Counted from the first letter of the whole stretch, positions 23,147-35,273 are shown. The stretch is DNA of 63,319 bases, filler included, from Octopus bimaculoides (GCF_001194135.2; 4 parts of 3 records of this genome joined end to end with filler, not necessarily neighbours in it), one strand, 5' to 3'. Numbers and translations are program-made. The notes: a model not told the origin generated them from the sequence alone.

Positions 23147-25369
23147 AGTCTCTTAATATATCGATAGTTGAAGAAACTCTGTATTCTGGAAATACCATTA
23201 CAGATATTTTAAATACAAAGTTACGACTACGGGGAAAAAAAACAAAAACAAAAAAAAAACGTTATGTGACTCCTTTTTTTTTACTCATCTCTCTTTTTGC
23301 AAGAATTACTTTTTGTTTATATGTTATAAGCATTTTTACAATAAGCATTCATGTGTATATGCGAGGGTATTTATGTATTCGCGTGTGTATGTGTATGTGT
23401 GTGTATGTGTGTCTGTGTGNNNNNNNNNNNNNNNNNNNNNNNNNNNNNNNNNNNNNNNNNNNNNNNNNNNNNNNNNNNNNNNNNNNNNNNNNNNNNNNNN
23501 NNNNNNNNNNNNNNNNNNNNNNNNNNNNNNNNNNNNNNNNNNNNNNNNNNNNNNNNNNNNNNNNNNNNNNNNNNNNNNNNNNNNNNNNNNNNNNNNNNNN
23601 NNNNNNNNNNNNNNNNNNNNNNNNNNNNNNNNNNNNNNNNNNNNNNNNNNNNNNNNNNNNNNNNNNNNNNNNNNNNNNNNNNNNNNNNNNNNNNNNNNNN
23701 NNNNNNNNNNNNNNNNNNNNNNNNNNNNNNNNNNNNNNNNNNNNNNNNNNNNNNNNNNNNNNNNNNNNNNNNNNNNNNNNNNNNNNNNNNNNNNNNNNNN
23801 NNNNNNNNNNNNNNNNNNNNNNNNNNNNNNNNNNNNNNNNNNNNNNNNNNNNNNNNNNNNNNNNNNNNNNNNNNNNNNNNNNNNNNNNNNNNNNNNNATA
23901 TATAAACAGTCCATGTAATTCAAACGGTGGAGTTTGATCGAACATTGAAAATATGAAAGATAAACAAGTTTGGGTTCCGAAAACATGATCATTATTACGT
24001 CATAATAACATTTCAAAAGCGGAAAGCTTCAACATTTAAAAAAAATAAAATATATTTGACTATCTACATAATATATATAAATATATAATAAAATAAAAAC
24101 AAATAAAAACTACAAGTATACATGGAAGGTTCACGTCCCATATTTGTGGCAAAGTGTTAGCCGTAAACATTTCATTTCTGGTTTAATTTCAATACTTGCA
24201 GTTTTGAAATATGATCACTGTGTCCTGTAAACACATTAAATTTAGTAAACACATTAAATTCAGTAATACTAACAAGCAATTCATATTATACAATAGGTAA
24301 CGATCAAGTATTAGTGAAATGGCTAAAAAAAGAAAACATTAACAAAAAGACTAGACATGAATACCAAGAATGTATGCGAAACATTGATGTAACAAGAAAC
24401 ATTGGTGTAACTAATAAGGGAACAAAGAGAACGACCTTTTCAATAATTTTTAAAAAACTCTTAAGTTCACTTGTGCAACAAAAATCGAATCTCTCTTTGT
24501 TTTTTGTTGGTCGCATGCCCTTGGAAGAACTTTCTGGAATCATTACTTTATTTGACAACCTCCCGTGTTTTTGAACTGTCTGCTCAACCTCCTGTGATGT
24601 GTTGGTGGCCACTAATGTCTGAAGAACAGAAACAAACCCTGACGTCATAACCTCGCGACACTTTATTCAATTGCAGCGTGGAAGTTGTTTGAAAGCCATT
24701 CAAGAACACAACAAAAACCGTTGGTTTCACTGCAACGTTTAAATTTCNNNNNNNNNNNNNNNNNNNNNNNNNNNNNNNNNNNNNNNNNNNNNNNNNNNNN
24801 NNNNNNNNNNNNNNNNNNNNNNNNNNNNNNNNNNNNNNNNNNNNNNNNNNNNNNNNNNNNNNNNNNNNNNNNNNNNNNNNNNNNNNNNNNNNNNNNNNNN
24901 NNNNNNNNNNNNNNNNNNNNNNNNNNNNNNNNNNNNNNNNNNNNNNNNNNNNNNNNNNNNNNNNNNNNNNNNNNNNNNNNNNNNNNNNNNNNNNNNNNNN
25001 NNNNNNNNNNNNNNNNNNNNNNNNNNNNNNNNNNNNNNNNNNNNNNNNNNNNNNNNNNNNNNNNNNNNNNNNNNNNNNNNNNNNNNNNNNNNNNNNNNNN
25101 NNNNNNNNNNNNNNNNNNNNNNNNNNNNNNNNNNNNNNNNNNNNNNNNNNNNNNNNNNNNNNNNNNNNNNNNNNNNNNNNNNNNNNNNNNNNNNNNNNNN
25201 NNNNNGCCATAAACATCAAAAATTAAATATCAGTTCGTAAAAATATCTAAAGCTAAGGGAAATAACTCAAATAGTAACAAAGAAGTCATTGGTTGCTATG
25301 GTGTTGAGCTCGCACACGCGCGCACACAGACACAAACTAATTCATACACACATATAACTGATTTTTTAT

Positions 25370-26430
25370 TTACCATAAAGGTAGAGACAAAGAGAGGACA
25401 GACAAAGGGTCGGGGATGGAATGAGATGACAAGATAAAAAATTTATGATGATATATAAAATCGGATGATGATGATGGAGTGAGGGACGGGTGTGACTCCA
25501 CAAACCACGTTCCTCCACTGAACCCTTTAAGAGACTTTCATGTTCTCCCTTAAGCAGGCACATTCACTCTGCACATACTTGTCACTTTCTTCTATCTTTT
25601 CTCATATGTACTGAGTGGCAAGCGTCTCCTCTCCAGCCTTATTTTCCTTCTAAGATGGAAAATAAAAAAGTTTACTAAACCGAGGCTGGAGAGGAAGATG
25701 CCTGTCACTAAACCTTTCATGCGTGTCCGCTACACTACCTCCTTTGCCACAGCCACTACAGAGAGAAAACAAACCTTCTCTTCCCTGTTCAGAGAGGGCG
25801 GTGGAGCAATCTTTATTATAGACTCGGAAGACAGTTGTACTTTTCCCAAACGTGATAGTAGTTGTTCAACATAAACCCATAATTCCGAAAGTTTTGGACA
25901 CTTCACAAATGCTTGCAGAACAGTTTCACTGTTCTGCGCACATCCTGGGCAAGTGGGCGAGCATGAAGAGCCGTGCCTGGCGAGTTTATTTTGAACTGGT
26001 AAGCCTCCTCGGTAACACAGCCAATCCAGGGACTTTTGGAAGTTATCCATAGGCCCTGGCCCAAATGTTCTTCGGAACAGGCGCAAGTTGACCATCATCG
26101 AAACCCAGGCTTTCCCCCAGAGCGTCGTCACACTTGACTTCTACCAACCCTTTATAAAATAACGAGGTGAAACCCTCGCCGCCGGCATTACCCGTCCAGG
26201 AGAGAAGCGCGAGTGCTTTACGACACTCGGCTTACTACGCTCCCAACTGTGGTCTGTCATTAATCCAAGGTTCCAGTTCACCGAAACCAGTGAACCGAGG
26301 AAGTATCTGTTTGACGAACGGAGACCACACCCGCTCACCATCCAGGTAGAGCCAAAGATGCTTCAGCTTCAGTACATGTCTGCGTATCATTAGCCACGGC
26401 ATCCCTAGCCCACCTTTTAACGTTTAACAA
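25370..26430 (-). mobile_element. L1/Tx1-clade ORF2 C-terminal fragment
   Basis: GGLGMP motif, then DWLCYRGGLPV...TCPGCAQNSETVLQAFVKCPKL (zf-RVT-like). Confidence 0.75.
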
Positions 26431-27539
26431 TGTCTAATAATATAAGCAAAAAAATTAACTTGAATATGATATTGTTTATCCGTACTAGAGTGTGACCAGT
26501 TGTGGTATTCTCGGAATAAACATAACTTTGTTGCAGTGAAATATGGATAGGCAGCTGTTGGGTACAATGAGTAAGATTTACTGCATTTTTGATTCACCGA
26601 CAAAAAATATATATTTTTCCCAAATGTTCACTACTTCACAAAAACTTTATCAGCTAAGCAAATGAATGTCTCTAAATACATTAAAAACACTATAACATAA
26701 TTTGAACACAGTTTCAGAAAATTATCCTCGTTCTCTTTGAGCATATGAAAGATAAATTTAACTGGGCAAAATGAGTAAGACAGGATAAGGTAAACTTATC
26801 TCTTCAATTCTCCAGAATTACATTTGAAAAAAAAAAAAAACTCATACATATCCTTTGACATCTGAAAGATCAGAAATGCAACAAAAATTAAAAACATCTA
26901 GGTCAAATGAAAGAGGATCATGGAAAAATGACACATAGTATGAAATTAACGAAACCCGTCAATATCTAAAAGCTCAAAATAAAATACTCACGACAGCTTC
27001 TTCACGAATTGCTGGAGTGGCTTTCTTCATGATACATTTATGCATCATGCAGTTGAAGAGAATAAATTATTTAAATTAGTCATTACTCGCTTTGCCCTAG
27101 TTTAGACGTCATGTTTTGAAAATTGAAAATTATTAAATTAGACATTAATGTGTGAAAAAATTGACTTGGAATCCAACAGAGAAAAGAATATTGATTGTTA
27201 AACACCAAAAATTATCCAGATATTTTATTAACAATCTCAATTACTATCGGGTCAAAGATGAGGAAAATTTCAACAACAGCAACAACTTTACTGGCCAGTT
27301 TTTATTTTCAAAGATAATGCAACTGTACAAATTTATAATGCAACACTTGTCTCCTGACAAGATATCATAGCTAGAAATTCATGCCAGATAATCATGGGTT
27401 CCGTGTCGACTGTGGTCGGCAACTGATCACGACTTTTCTTTCAATGATTAAAGTATATCTGTTTGAAATATCTTCAATGAAATCTTGCACTTAACACCAA
27501 AAATTGTATATGGGTTTGTAAAAAAAAAAAAAAAAAAAA

Positions 27540-28457
27540 TGCGTAAAGTTAAGTGCTCTTTTTATGTCACAAGATCAGGACCCGCAATTCTCGGACTTAA
27601 TACCTGTCAAAAGCTCAACATTGTGGCAATCAATAGTGAAGTGAAGGCAGCTCTGAGCAGGATTGACAGAGATATGCCTATCAAAGACCGACCACCAATC
27701 ACAAATAAAGATGAACTGATGAGCATGTACCCAGAATGTCTTGACGATACAGTTGGGTGTTTTGAGAAATGTCGATACCATATGACACTCGACTCCAATG
27801 CCAAACCAATTGTTCACCCGCTTCGCCGCGTTCCACTAGAATTAAGAGAGAAGCTGAAAGCAGAGTTGGACAGAATGGGGAAAAAAACCGAATAATCACC
27901 AAAGTGACACGACCAACTGACTGGGTGAATTCAAATGTAATCAAAGAAAAACCCAATGGTACCCTACGAATATGCCTCGACCCCAGGGATCTGAACAAGG
28001 CATTAAAACGAGATTACTATCCAATTCCAACCCTCGAAGAAATCACATCATCATTAGTTGGATCTAAGATATTCAGCAAACTAGATGCGAGTAATGGGTA
28101 CTGGAATGTAAAGATAGACAAAGAATCATCCATGTTTACTACCTTCAACACACCATTTGACAGAATCTGGTAGGCAGCTGAGACGAAACAGGGTCCACAT
28201 CCGCCCAACACCAAAGCTATCGAGGATAACATGCGCAACACCTGCAGCATCAGTGACAACACCAACAAGAACAACACCACAGCAGATGACGGCACACACA
28301 GAATCCGTACTTCCACAGAATCATCACCTCAACGGGCAACAACTACCTATCAGCAGCCCAACAACACACCAACATTACGCACATCTCAGACATCAGTGCA
28401 GAGTACAAGATCCACCAGATGTAGACCGAATATCTTACCACCGAATCGATACCGTTA
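27540..28457 (+). mobile_element. Gypsy (Mag-like) pol remnant with a large internal deletion
   Basis: PIVHPLRRVPLELREKLKAELDRM, EKPNGTLRICLDPRDLNKAL, FSKLDASNGYW, TTFNTPF, joined at about 28160 directly to the integrase tail TESGRQLRRNRVHIRP. Confidence 0.85.
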
Positions 28458-29034
28458 AAGAAGAAAAAAAGGAAATAATAACTAGTTCTGCTAGATTAGG
28501 AAGCGGAAAACCACGTGTGTGGGCAGAATAATCTCACGGTTTCTGCTGCAGGATTGCCACCCTTGCGCTGACAATCCATTAGTGTAAGGAAGATTACTTC
28601 TATTTTTTTTTCATTGCCAAAAGATCCTTTTTCAAGAAGGGATGTTATATGTTCATATCTATGTGTATGCGTAGGTATACGTATACATGAATACATTCCC
28701 ACTATTAGTACTATTTTGTTTAGCGCATCTAGTAAACAATATGAACTGTGAATAAAACGGGTATCACTCCGCTATACATATACAGTTGTAAACATGCCAA
28801 GTAAATAAACACGTAGAATCATAATAACGCCTTCAATGAGTTGTTTATTGTCCCAACACAACCCAAACGAATACATAACACTCACACACAATCACACGTA
28901 CTACAAACAACGGCAAGTATATTATCTGACATACATACGTGAACATTCATTGCAGCAAACGCACAAGTACGCATGTATCAATGCATATACACTTTAAAAT
29001 GTTTAACATATGACATTATTTATTCGTACAAGTA

Positions 29035-29379
29035 TGTAGTAACGCCTGCGCATGCGTAGTCTTACGCATGCGTAGAATTAATAAAGCAAGCGTTTCCCGC
29101 TCAATTCATTCTCTTTCACGCTGGCCAGCGATTGAGTATGGACGTGTGTTTAAAAGCTGTCCCTACATCTTTCGGTCTTATACTCGACAGCTCGTTATTC
29201 TCACCTCTAAAGATGTATAACTAAAGATATGTATGTTTTACCAAGTAAATAAATGTTGTTTAAGTTGTTTAGTCTGGAGTTCAGCGTTCCGTCTATTTCT
29301 TCAATTTTATAGTAGAAAGTCAGGTATACAATCTAAAGATGTATAACCCACTTTCTACTTAAGTGGTGACCCCCCGACG
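29035..29379 (+). mobile_element. Candidate LTR with tRNA-Trp primer-binding site
   Basis: Starts TGTAG, ends CTAC(T), contains AATAAA. Followed at 29364 by TGGTGACCCCCCGACG versus TGGTGACCCCGACG, the complement of the eukaryotic tRNA-Trp 3' end. Confidence 0.65.
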
Positions 29380-29384
29380 AAGAA

Positions 29385-29484
29385 NNNNNNNNNNNNNNNN
29401 NNNNNNNNNNNNNNNNNNNNNNNNNNNNTTAATTAATTAANNNNNNNNNNNNNNNNNNNNNNNNNNNNNNNNNNNNNNNNNNNN
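29385..29484. other. Artificial scaffold spacer 1
   Basis: 44 N + TTAATTAATTAA (29429-29440) + 44 N = 100 bp; the 12-mer has stops in all six frames. Confidence 0.95.
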
Positions 29485-30260
29485 GGAGGAGGAGGAGGAG
29501 GAGGAGAAGGAAAAAAAGAGGAATAGGAGCATGGTGGTAGTGCTGGTGGTGGTGATGGTGGGGAGGAGTGATAACGACGGCGACGATGTTGATAATGATG
29601 ATGATGATGATGATGAGAAGGAGTAGGAGAAGGAGGACGAAGAGGAAAAGGAGAATGATAGTGCTGGTGGCGGTGGTGGTGGTGGTGATGATGCTGGTGG
29701 TGAATTTTATCTATCACCACCACTACTACTACCACCACTACTATTACCACTACCATTACCACTACTTCTACAACCACCTCCACCACAGCTATTACTACCA
29801 CTGCTACTACCACCATCATTATCACAACCACTGCTACTATCACCACCACTATCACAACCACTACTACTTCAGCCACAACCAACATGACATCAACCATCAT
29901 CCCCGCCACCACCACCATCTCAACCATCCACCACCACCACCACTAACTCCACTACCACCAACACTGACACGCTGTCTCTACCACCACCAGCACCATCACA
30001 AATGCACTAACACTAGCTACCACCATCGCCACTGCCACCACCAATACTACGACCGCCACTACAGAGGTCACTACCAACACCACCACCAACAACAACAACA
30101 ACAAATACCCACTCCACTATCATCACCACCGCATCACCACACCATCTCGCCACCATCACTTTCTCCCCGCAACCACCACCACCACCACCACCACCAACAC
30201 CAACAACAACAGACGAAATCGAAACCGTACCTGTTTGGCGAAATCCATCATCAATCATGG
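29485..30260. repeat. Mixed trinucleotide low-complexity tract (GGA, GAT, GGT, CAC, TAC, CAA)
   Basis: Directly visible; the His/Val-rich ORFs here are compositional. Confidence 0.9.
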
Positions 30261-31017
30261 AGATAATGGTGACAGCGGCCACTGTCATTTGAACCTCGCT
30301 CCTCAGGTTTACAAGCGATTGTCACATCCATTAAATTAAAGAGATGGAAATGATACAATATTGGTGCGTAGATGTCTCAGCAGAGGTGTATATAGATGAG
30401 AGTGTATATAGTTGTATAGATGTGTGTATATAATTGTCTTGTNNNNNNNNNNNNNNNNNNNNNNNNNNNNNNNNNNNNNNNNNNNNNNNNNNNNNNNNNN
30501 NNNNNNNNNNNNNNNNNNNNNNNNNNNNNNNNNNNNNNNNNNNNNNNNNNNNNNNNNNNNNNNNNNNNNNNNNNNNNNNNNNNNNNNNNNNNNNNNNNNN
30601 NNNNNNNNNNNNNNNNNNNNNNNNNNNNNNNNNNNNNNNNNNNNNNNNNNNNNNNNNNNNNNNNNNNNNNNNNNNNNNNNNNNNNNNNNNNNNNNNNNNN
30701 NNNNNNNNNNNNNNNNNNNNNNNNNNNNNNNNNNNNNNNNNNNNNNNNNNNNNNNNNNNNNNNNNNNNNNNNNNNNNNNNNNNNNNNNNNNNNNNNNNNN
30801 NNNNNNNNNNNNNNNNNNNNNNNNNNNNNNNNNNNNNNNNNNNNNNNNNNNNNNNNNNNNNNNNNNNNNNNNNNNNNNNNNNNNNNNNNNNNNNNNNNNN
30901 NNNNNNNNNNNNNNNNNNNNNNNNNNNNNNNNNNNNNNNNNNNNNNNNNNNNNNNNNNNNNNNNNNNNNNNNNNNNNNNNNNNNNNNNNNNNNNNNNNNN
31001 NNNNNNNNNNNNNNNNN

Positions 31018-31052
<35 letters not shown>

Positions 31053-31211
31053 ATATGCATATATGTATGTATTTATATATATATATATATATATAATGTT
31101 GTGGGGTGTAAGTGACGGTGACTGAGGCGATGGTGGTGGTGGTGGTGGTATTAGAGATCTGGTTATTGTATTGACGGTGATGATGATGATAATGGTATGA
31201 TATTTGTGTAT

Positions 31212-31247
<36 letters not shown>

Positions 31248-31643
31248 TTGTATGCTCTGTGAATTTGAGCTGATCTATGGACGTGTGTGTATAATTGTAC
31301 AGATGCATGCGTATAAATGTATAGGTATTTATACAGCTGTTTAACAATCTTTTCTACTATAGGCACAAGGCCAGCAATTTGGAGGCGACCCCCTGTACTC
31401 AGGTTATGTCTTACTCCATCGACCTCGGTGAAATTTGCAATCAGAACATAAAGACGGATGAAATACTGCTAAACTTTTTATCCGGCGTGTTAACGATTAT
31501 GCCAACTCGTATCGGTATACGCATACAGATTTGTGTAGATGCGTGTGTATATAGATATACGGAGAAATAATGTTTTGATGTTGCTGCTGAAGCCATTTGG
31601 AGCGTCATAGATATATCTAGACTGAGAGAGAGACAGTGTTTTG

Positions 31644-31713
<70 letters not shown>

Positions 31714-31854
31714 TGTTTGTTTACAGGGTGCAAGGGATATTTCAGTGTGTTTCACTCTCCAAACCAATCAAAAGGTTTGCTTTCCTTTCAGATTCCCCAA
31801 AGCAGATAAAATGCTAACACAAGAAATGAAAAGATATGTAGTCATGGTTGCCAT

Positions 31855-32277
31855 ATGGACAAAAAAAAAACGAAAAAGAAAAATGAAAAGAACGATTTAG
31901 AAATTGCCAACTTTGGAAATATTGCAAAATCTTTTGTACACAAAGTTCAGACGGAATTAGAAGTTTCTGGCGGGAATGTTTCAACTGTATCAAAGAGACA
32001 AAATGAAAATTATAAGATTTTGGATATTGTAAGAACGCCGCAGTTCATCCAAGACGTTGAAAACATTATTGATGATAATGCCAGGAAATCGATGAGGGTC
32101 ATCACCAAAGAACTTCTGGTGTCAGAGTTGAGTATCAAAATTGTGGTGCAAAAGGACATTTCCTACGGGTCGTCTGCACTGAGGAAAGAGCAATTCATGT
32201 CTGCAATGGCACAGGAAACGCCATTGATCCATGCCAAGCAGTTACTTAACAAGGTTAAAAGCCCTTCAAAAGTATGA
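31855..32277 (+). mobile_element. Tc1/mariner (maT-like) transposase N-terminal fragment
   Basis: VRTPQFIQDVENIIDDNARKSMRVITKELLVSELSIKIVVQKDI...EQFMS...HAKQLLNKVK matches the helix-turn-helix region of this group. Confidence 0.7.
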
Positions 32278-32819
32278 CAAAACGCTACACTTGTATCGTG
32301 TATTGAGTTCTACATTTCATAGATTCTGTTGATGTTGTTGCTGATTTCAGTTGGCAAGGAGTCCACCGCATTATCCTCCTCTTCATTAAGCCAAGTCGGA
32401 TGGAGTTTCCGGTTTATTCACCGTCGACTCGACCCAACAACAGGTTCTACTGTCACATGTTACCAGAAGCGCTCAAGAGCGACCACACACACACACGCAC
32501 GTACACACATATACACACACGTACACACACCTATATATACACATACATGCACACACACACCTATACACACACATACCTTCATGTATATACATACACGTAC
32601 ACACACCTCTACACACACATATAATACACACAAACACACATACCTACATACATTCACACACACACCTATACACACACATATACACACATATATACACACA
32701 CATACACACACGCATACCTACACACATGTACGCACGCACATACACATGAACACACATGCACACGTACACGCGCACAAGCACACCTGCACATACACACAAT
32801 ATGTGTGTGCGTGCGTGTG

Positions 32820-33000
32820 TGAGCGTGTGCGTGCGTGTCTTTGCGTCTGTGCTTGTCCCCCACAACCGCTTGGCAACCGGTGATGGTGTGTTTACATAGC
32901 GGTTCGGCAAAAGAACCAATAGAAAAAGTACCAGGTTTAAAATGACACCATGGCCGCAGTCTGATGACCAAAACAAACAACAACAAAAAAGAAAAAAGAA
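32820..33000 (+). mobile_element. SINE family 1, 3' half
   Basis: TTGTCCCCCAC...GCTTGGCAACCG...GCGGTTCGGCAAAAGAACCAATAG...CATGGCCGCAGTC. Confidence 0.75.
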
Positions 33001-33469
33001 AAAGAGTCTTTGATGATCAAGCGAGCGAAGAATTTGCAGAGGTCTTATAGAATTTACCGATAAATTATGAGATGAATTATTCAAGTTGAACGGTAATCTA
33101 AACATTTCGTCTGTGTATTTGGCTTTCAGGATTCTTGAGGCGAAACATTTTGCGGATCGTTGGTCATTATGCCAATAATAACCACACGCACTGGTCCCGT
33201 TTCAATTTTTGTGTTGATTTTTCAATTGAAGGGTTTGTTTGATTAATCATTTAGTTAATCAATAAATCTCTTAGGTTTGTGGAAGTCCTATCATCGCAAT
33301 TCGCGACCTCGCCAATGACTTGCCCTCTCTGTTCTATGTCAGCTTCAGGTTTGTTTGTCGCAGACAAATATAACAGCTTCAGGTCAGTCTGTCTACAAAA
33401 CACAGCTGATTGATTGATTAATCGAATGATTAATCAAAGATGGTAAAATGGTTCTATGGAAAGGAGTTT

Positions 33470-33712
33470 GCTTTCCCAACCATATGTTTCCGGGTTCAGT
33501 CTCACTTCGTGGCGCCGTGTGCGTGTCTTCTACCATAAACTTGAGCCAGTTAAAGCCTAGAGAGTGGATCTAGTAGACGGAAACTGAAAGAAAACCGTCG
33601 GATATACCTACGTTTGTGTGTGCGTTTTGTGTTTGTCCCTCTCAGTCGGTATTATGTCCTCATAACTTTGTGGCTCGGCAAAGGACTCCTATAAAATAAG
33701 TACTAGCTATAA
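33470..33712 (+). mobile_element. SINE family 1, diverged copy
   Basis: GGGTTCAGTCTC B box, GAGTGGATCTAGTAGACGGAAACTGAAAG core, partial tail. Confidence 0.75.
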
Positions 33713-33850
33713 ANNNNNNNNNNNNNNNNNNNNNNNNNNNNNNNNNNNNNNNNNNNNNNNNNNNNNNNNNNNNNNNNNNNNNNNNNNNNNNNNNNNNNNN
33801 NNNNNNNNNNNNNNNNNNNNNNNNNNNNNNNNNNNNNNNNNNNNNNNNNT

Positions 33851-34192
33851 ATCGACCCCGAAAGGATGAAAGGTAAAGTCGACCTCGGCAGAATTTGAAC
33901 TTAGACTGTAACGGCAGAGGAAATACCGCTAAGCATTTCGCCTGCTGTGCTAACGTTTCTTATTTCTTTATTGCCCACAAGGAGCTAAATATAGAGGGGA
34001 CAAACAAAGACAGACAAAGGGATTAAGTGAATTACATTGACCCCAGTACGCAACTGGTACTTAATTTATCGACCCCGAAAGGATGAAAGGCAAAGTCGAC
34101 CTCGGCAGAATTTGAACTCAGAATGTAGCGGCAGACGAAATACCGCTAAGCATTTCACCCGGTGTGCTAACGTTTCTGCCAGCTCGCCGCCC
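33851..34192 (-). mobile_element. SINE family 2, head-to-tail dimer
   Basis: Unit GGCGAGCTGGCAGAAACGTTAGCAC...GAGTTCAAATTCTGCCGAGG...GGCAATAAAGAAATA is followed directly by a second unit starting AGAAACGTTAGCAC; runs into a gap. Confidence 0.9.
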
Positions 34193-34209
34193 TAAAAGAA
34201 AGAAATATA

Positions 34210-34282
34210 AGCCACCAGAGAGAATTGAACTCACGACCCCTGATTTACAAGACCAGTGTTCTAACTGCTGAGCTATGTTGGC
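34210..34282 (-). tRNA. tRNA-Thr(TGT), probably a pseudogene
   Basis: GCCAACATAGCTCAGCAGTTAGAACACTGGTC-TTGTAA-ATCAGGGGTCGTGAGTTCAATTCTCTCTGGTGGCT. Cloverleaf with TGT anticodon, but one mismatch each in the acceptor (A:G), D (C:A) and T (T:T) stems. Confidence 0.85.
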
Positions 34283-34379
34283 TCCGCGTGTGTTTATTAT
34301 TGACATAACGACCCTCCCAAGATACAACAAAATTTGTTTCATGAACCTTGCAAACCAAATACTATGACGAAAAGGCAGT

Positions 34380-34880
34380 CTAAATGTTAACAAAGAAACT
34401 TTTAAATGATTGGAGGGGGGAGGATATTAAAGGGGGTGGGGTGTGAGGTGAGACCGTGAAGGATTCAGAGAGGGAAAGATATTCGGAGATATATGAGATA
34501 TATGTCCATAGGAGAGGGAGATATAGGGATGTGTGGACAGGCATGAAGGGCAGTGAGGAAGAAAGAGAGCAATACTGGGAGGGGGAGGAGGAAGAGGTGA
34601 AGAGAGAGGGGGAAGAGGAGAGGGGGAAGAGGAGAGGGAAAAGAGGGGGAAGCGGAAAAGGAGAAGGAGGTAGAAGACGAACATGATGGAGGAGGGAGAG
34701 GTGGAAGAAGAGGGCGAGGAAGAGAAGGAGGAAGAGGTGCAAGAGGAGAAGAAGGAGGAGAGGGAGGAAGAGGAAAAGGAGGATAAGGAGGGAGAGGAGG
34801 AACATGAGGAGGACGGAGAAGGGAGATGAGGAGAAAGAGAAGAAAGAGTAGGGAGAGGATGACGAAGAGAAAGAGGAAGA
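34380..34880. repeat. Polypurine GGA/GAA low-complexity tract
   Basis: Directly visible. Confidence 0.85.
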
Positions 34881-35084
34881 CGACACAACACATCACATCA
34901 CACCACCACGTACACACAAGCACTGACCACTTCCCAGCACTTACACCATAATCCACACACCTACACATACACACACGCACACGTCAAGGTCACCAGCCCT
35001 CTTCCACACGCACATACATACTCTCTTATACATACGGACGCGCACTTTCGTTTTGGGATCACCACTACTTTATTATCTCTCCTT

Positions 35085-35273
35085 CTTCCTAGCTCACCTG
35101 TGTGACCTTTCTGTCCGGCATTCGCCATGATAGATCGCTAGCCGCTACACATTCTTTATTTTCTCTCCTTGTTTCTTTCTGTGTTCCTTTCTGTTGAAGA
35201 GCGTAGGCTCGAAACGTTACAGACTTTCTCACTTTCCGAGCGTTAAACTAATACATCTGTTTGTTGTCTACAC
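35085..35273 (+). mobile_element. Probable Penelope pLTR remnant carrying a hammerhead-like motif (35186-35222)
   Basis: CCTTT-CTGTTGA-A-GAGC-GTAG-GCTC-GAAAC-GTT-ACAG; position 6 of the core is U instead of A. Confidence 0.5.

Larger units (their letters stand above)
361..29010. repeat. Degenerate tandem array of a 2-3 kb Helitron-N-terminus-derived unit, interrupted by many transposon insertions
   Basis: The same modules recur in the same order: CA-rich block, AT-rich module (AATGCTTAGTAACAT...CGTAACTTTGTATTTAAAA...TATATCTTGGATACAGAGTTT), coding remnant, ACTTTACTACAAATATGGGG module, TTTGAAATGTTTCTATTATGACGTAATAAA block. Nine coding remnants and nine copies of the last block are visible. Confidence 0.85.
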
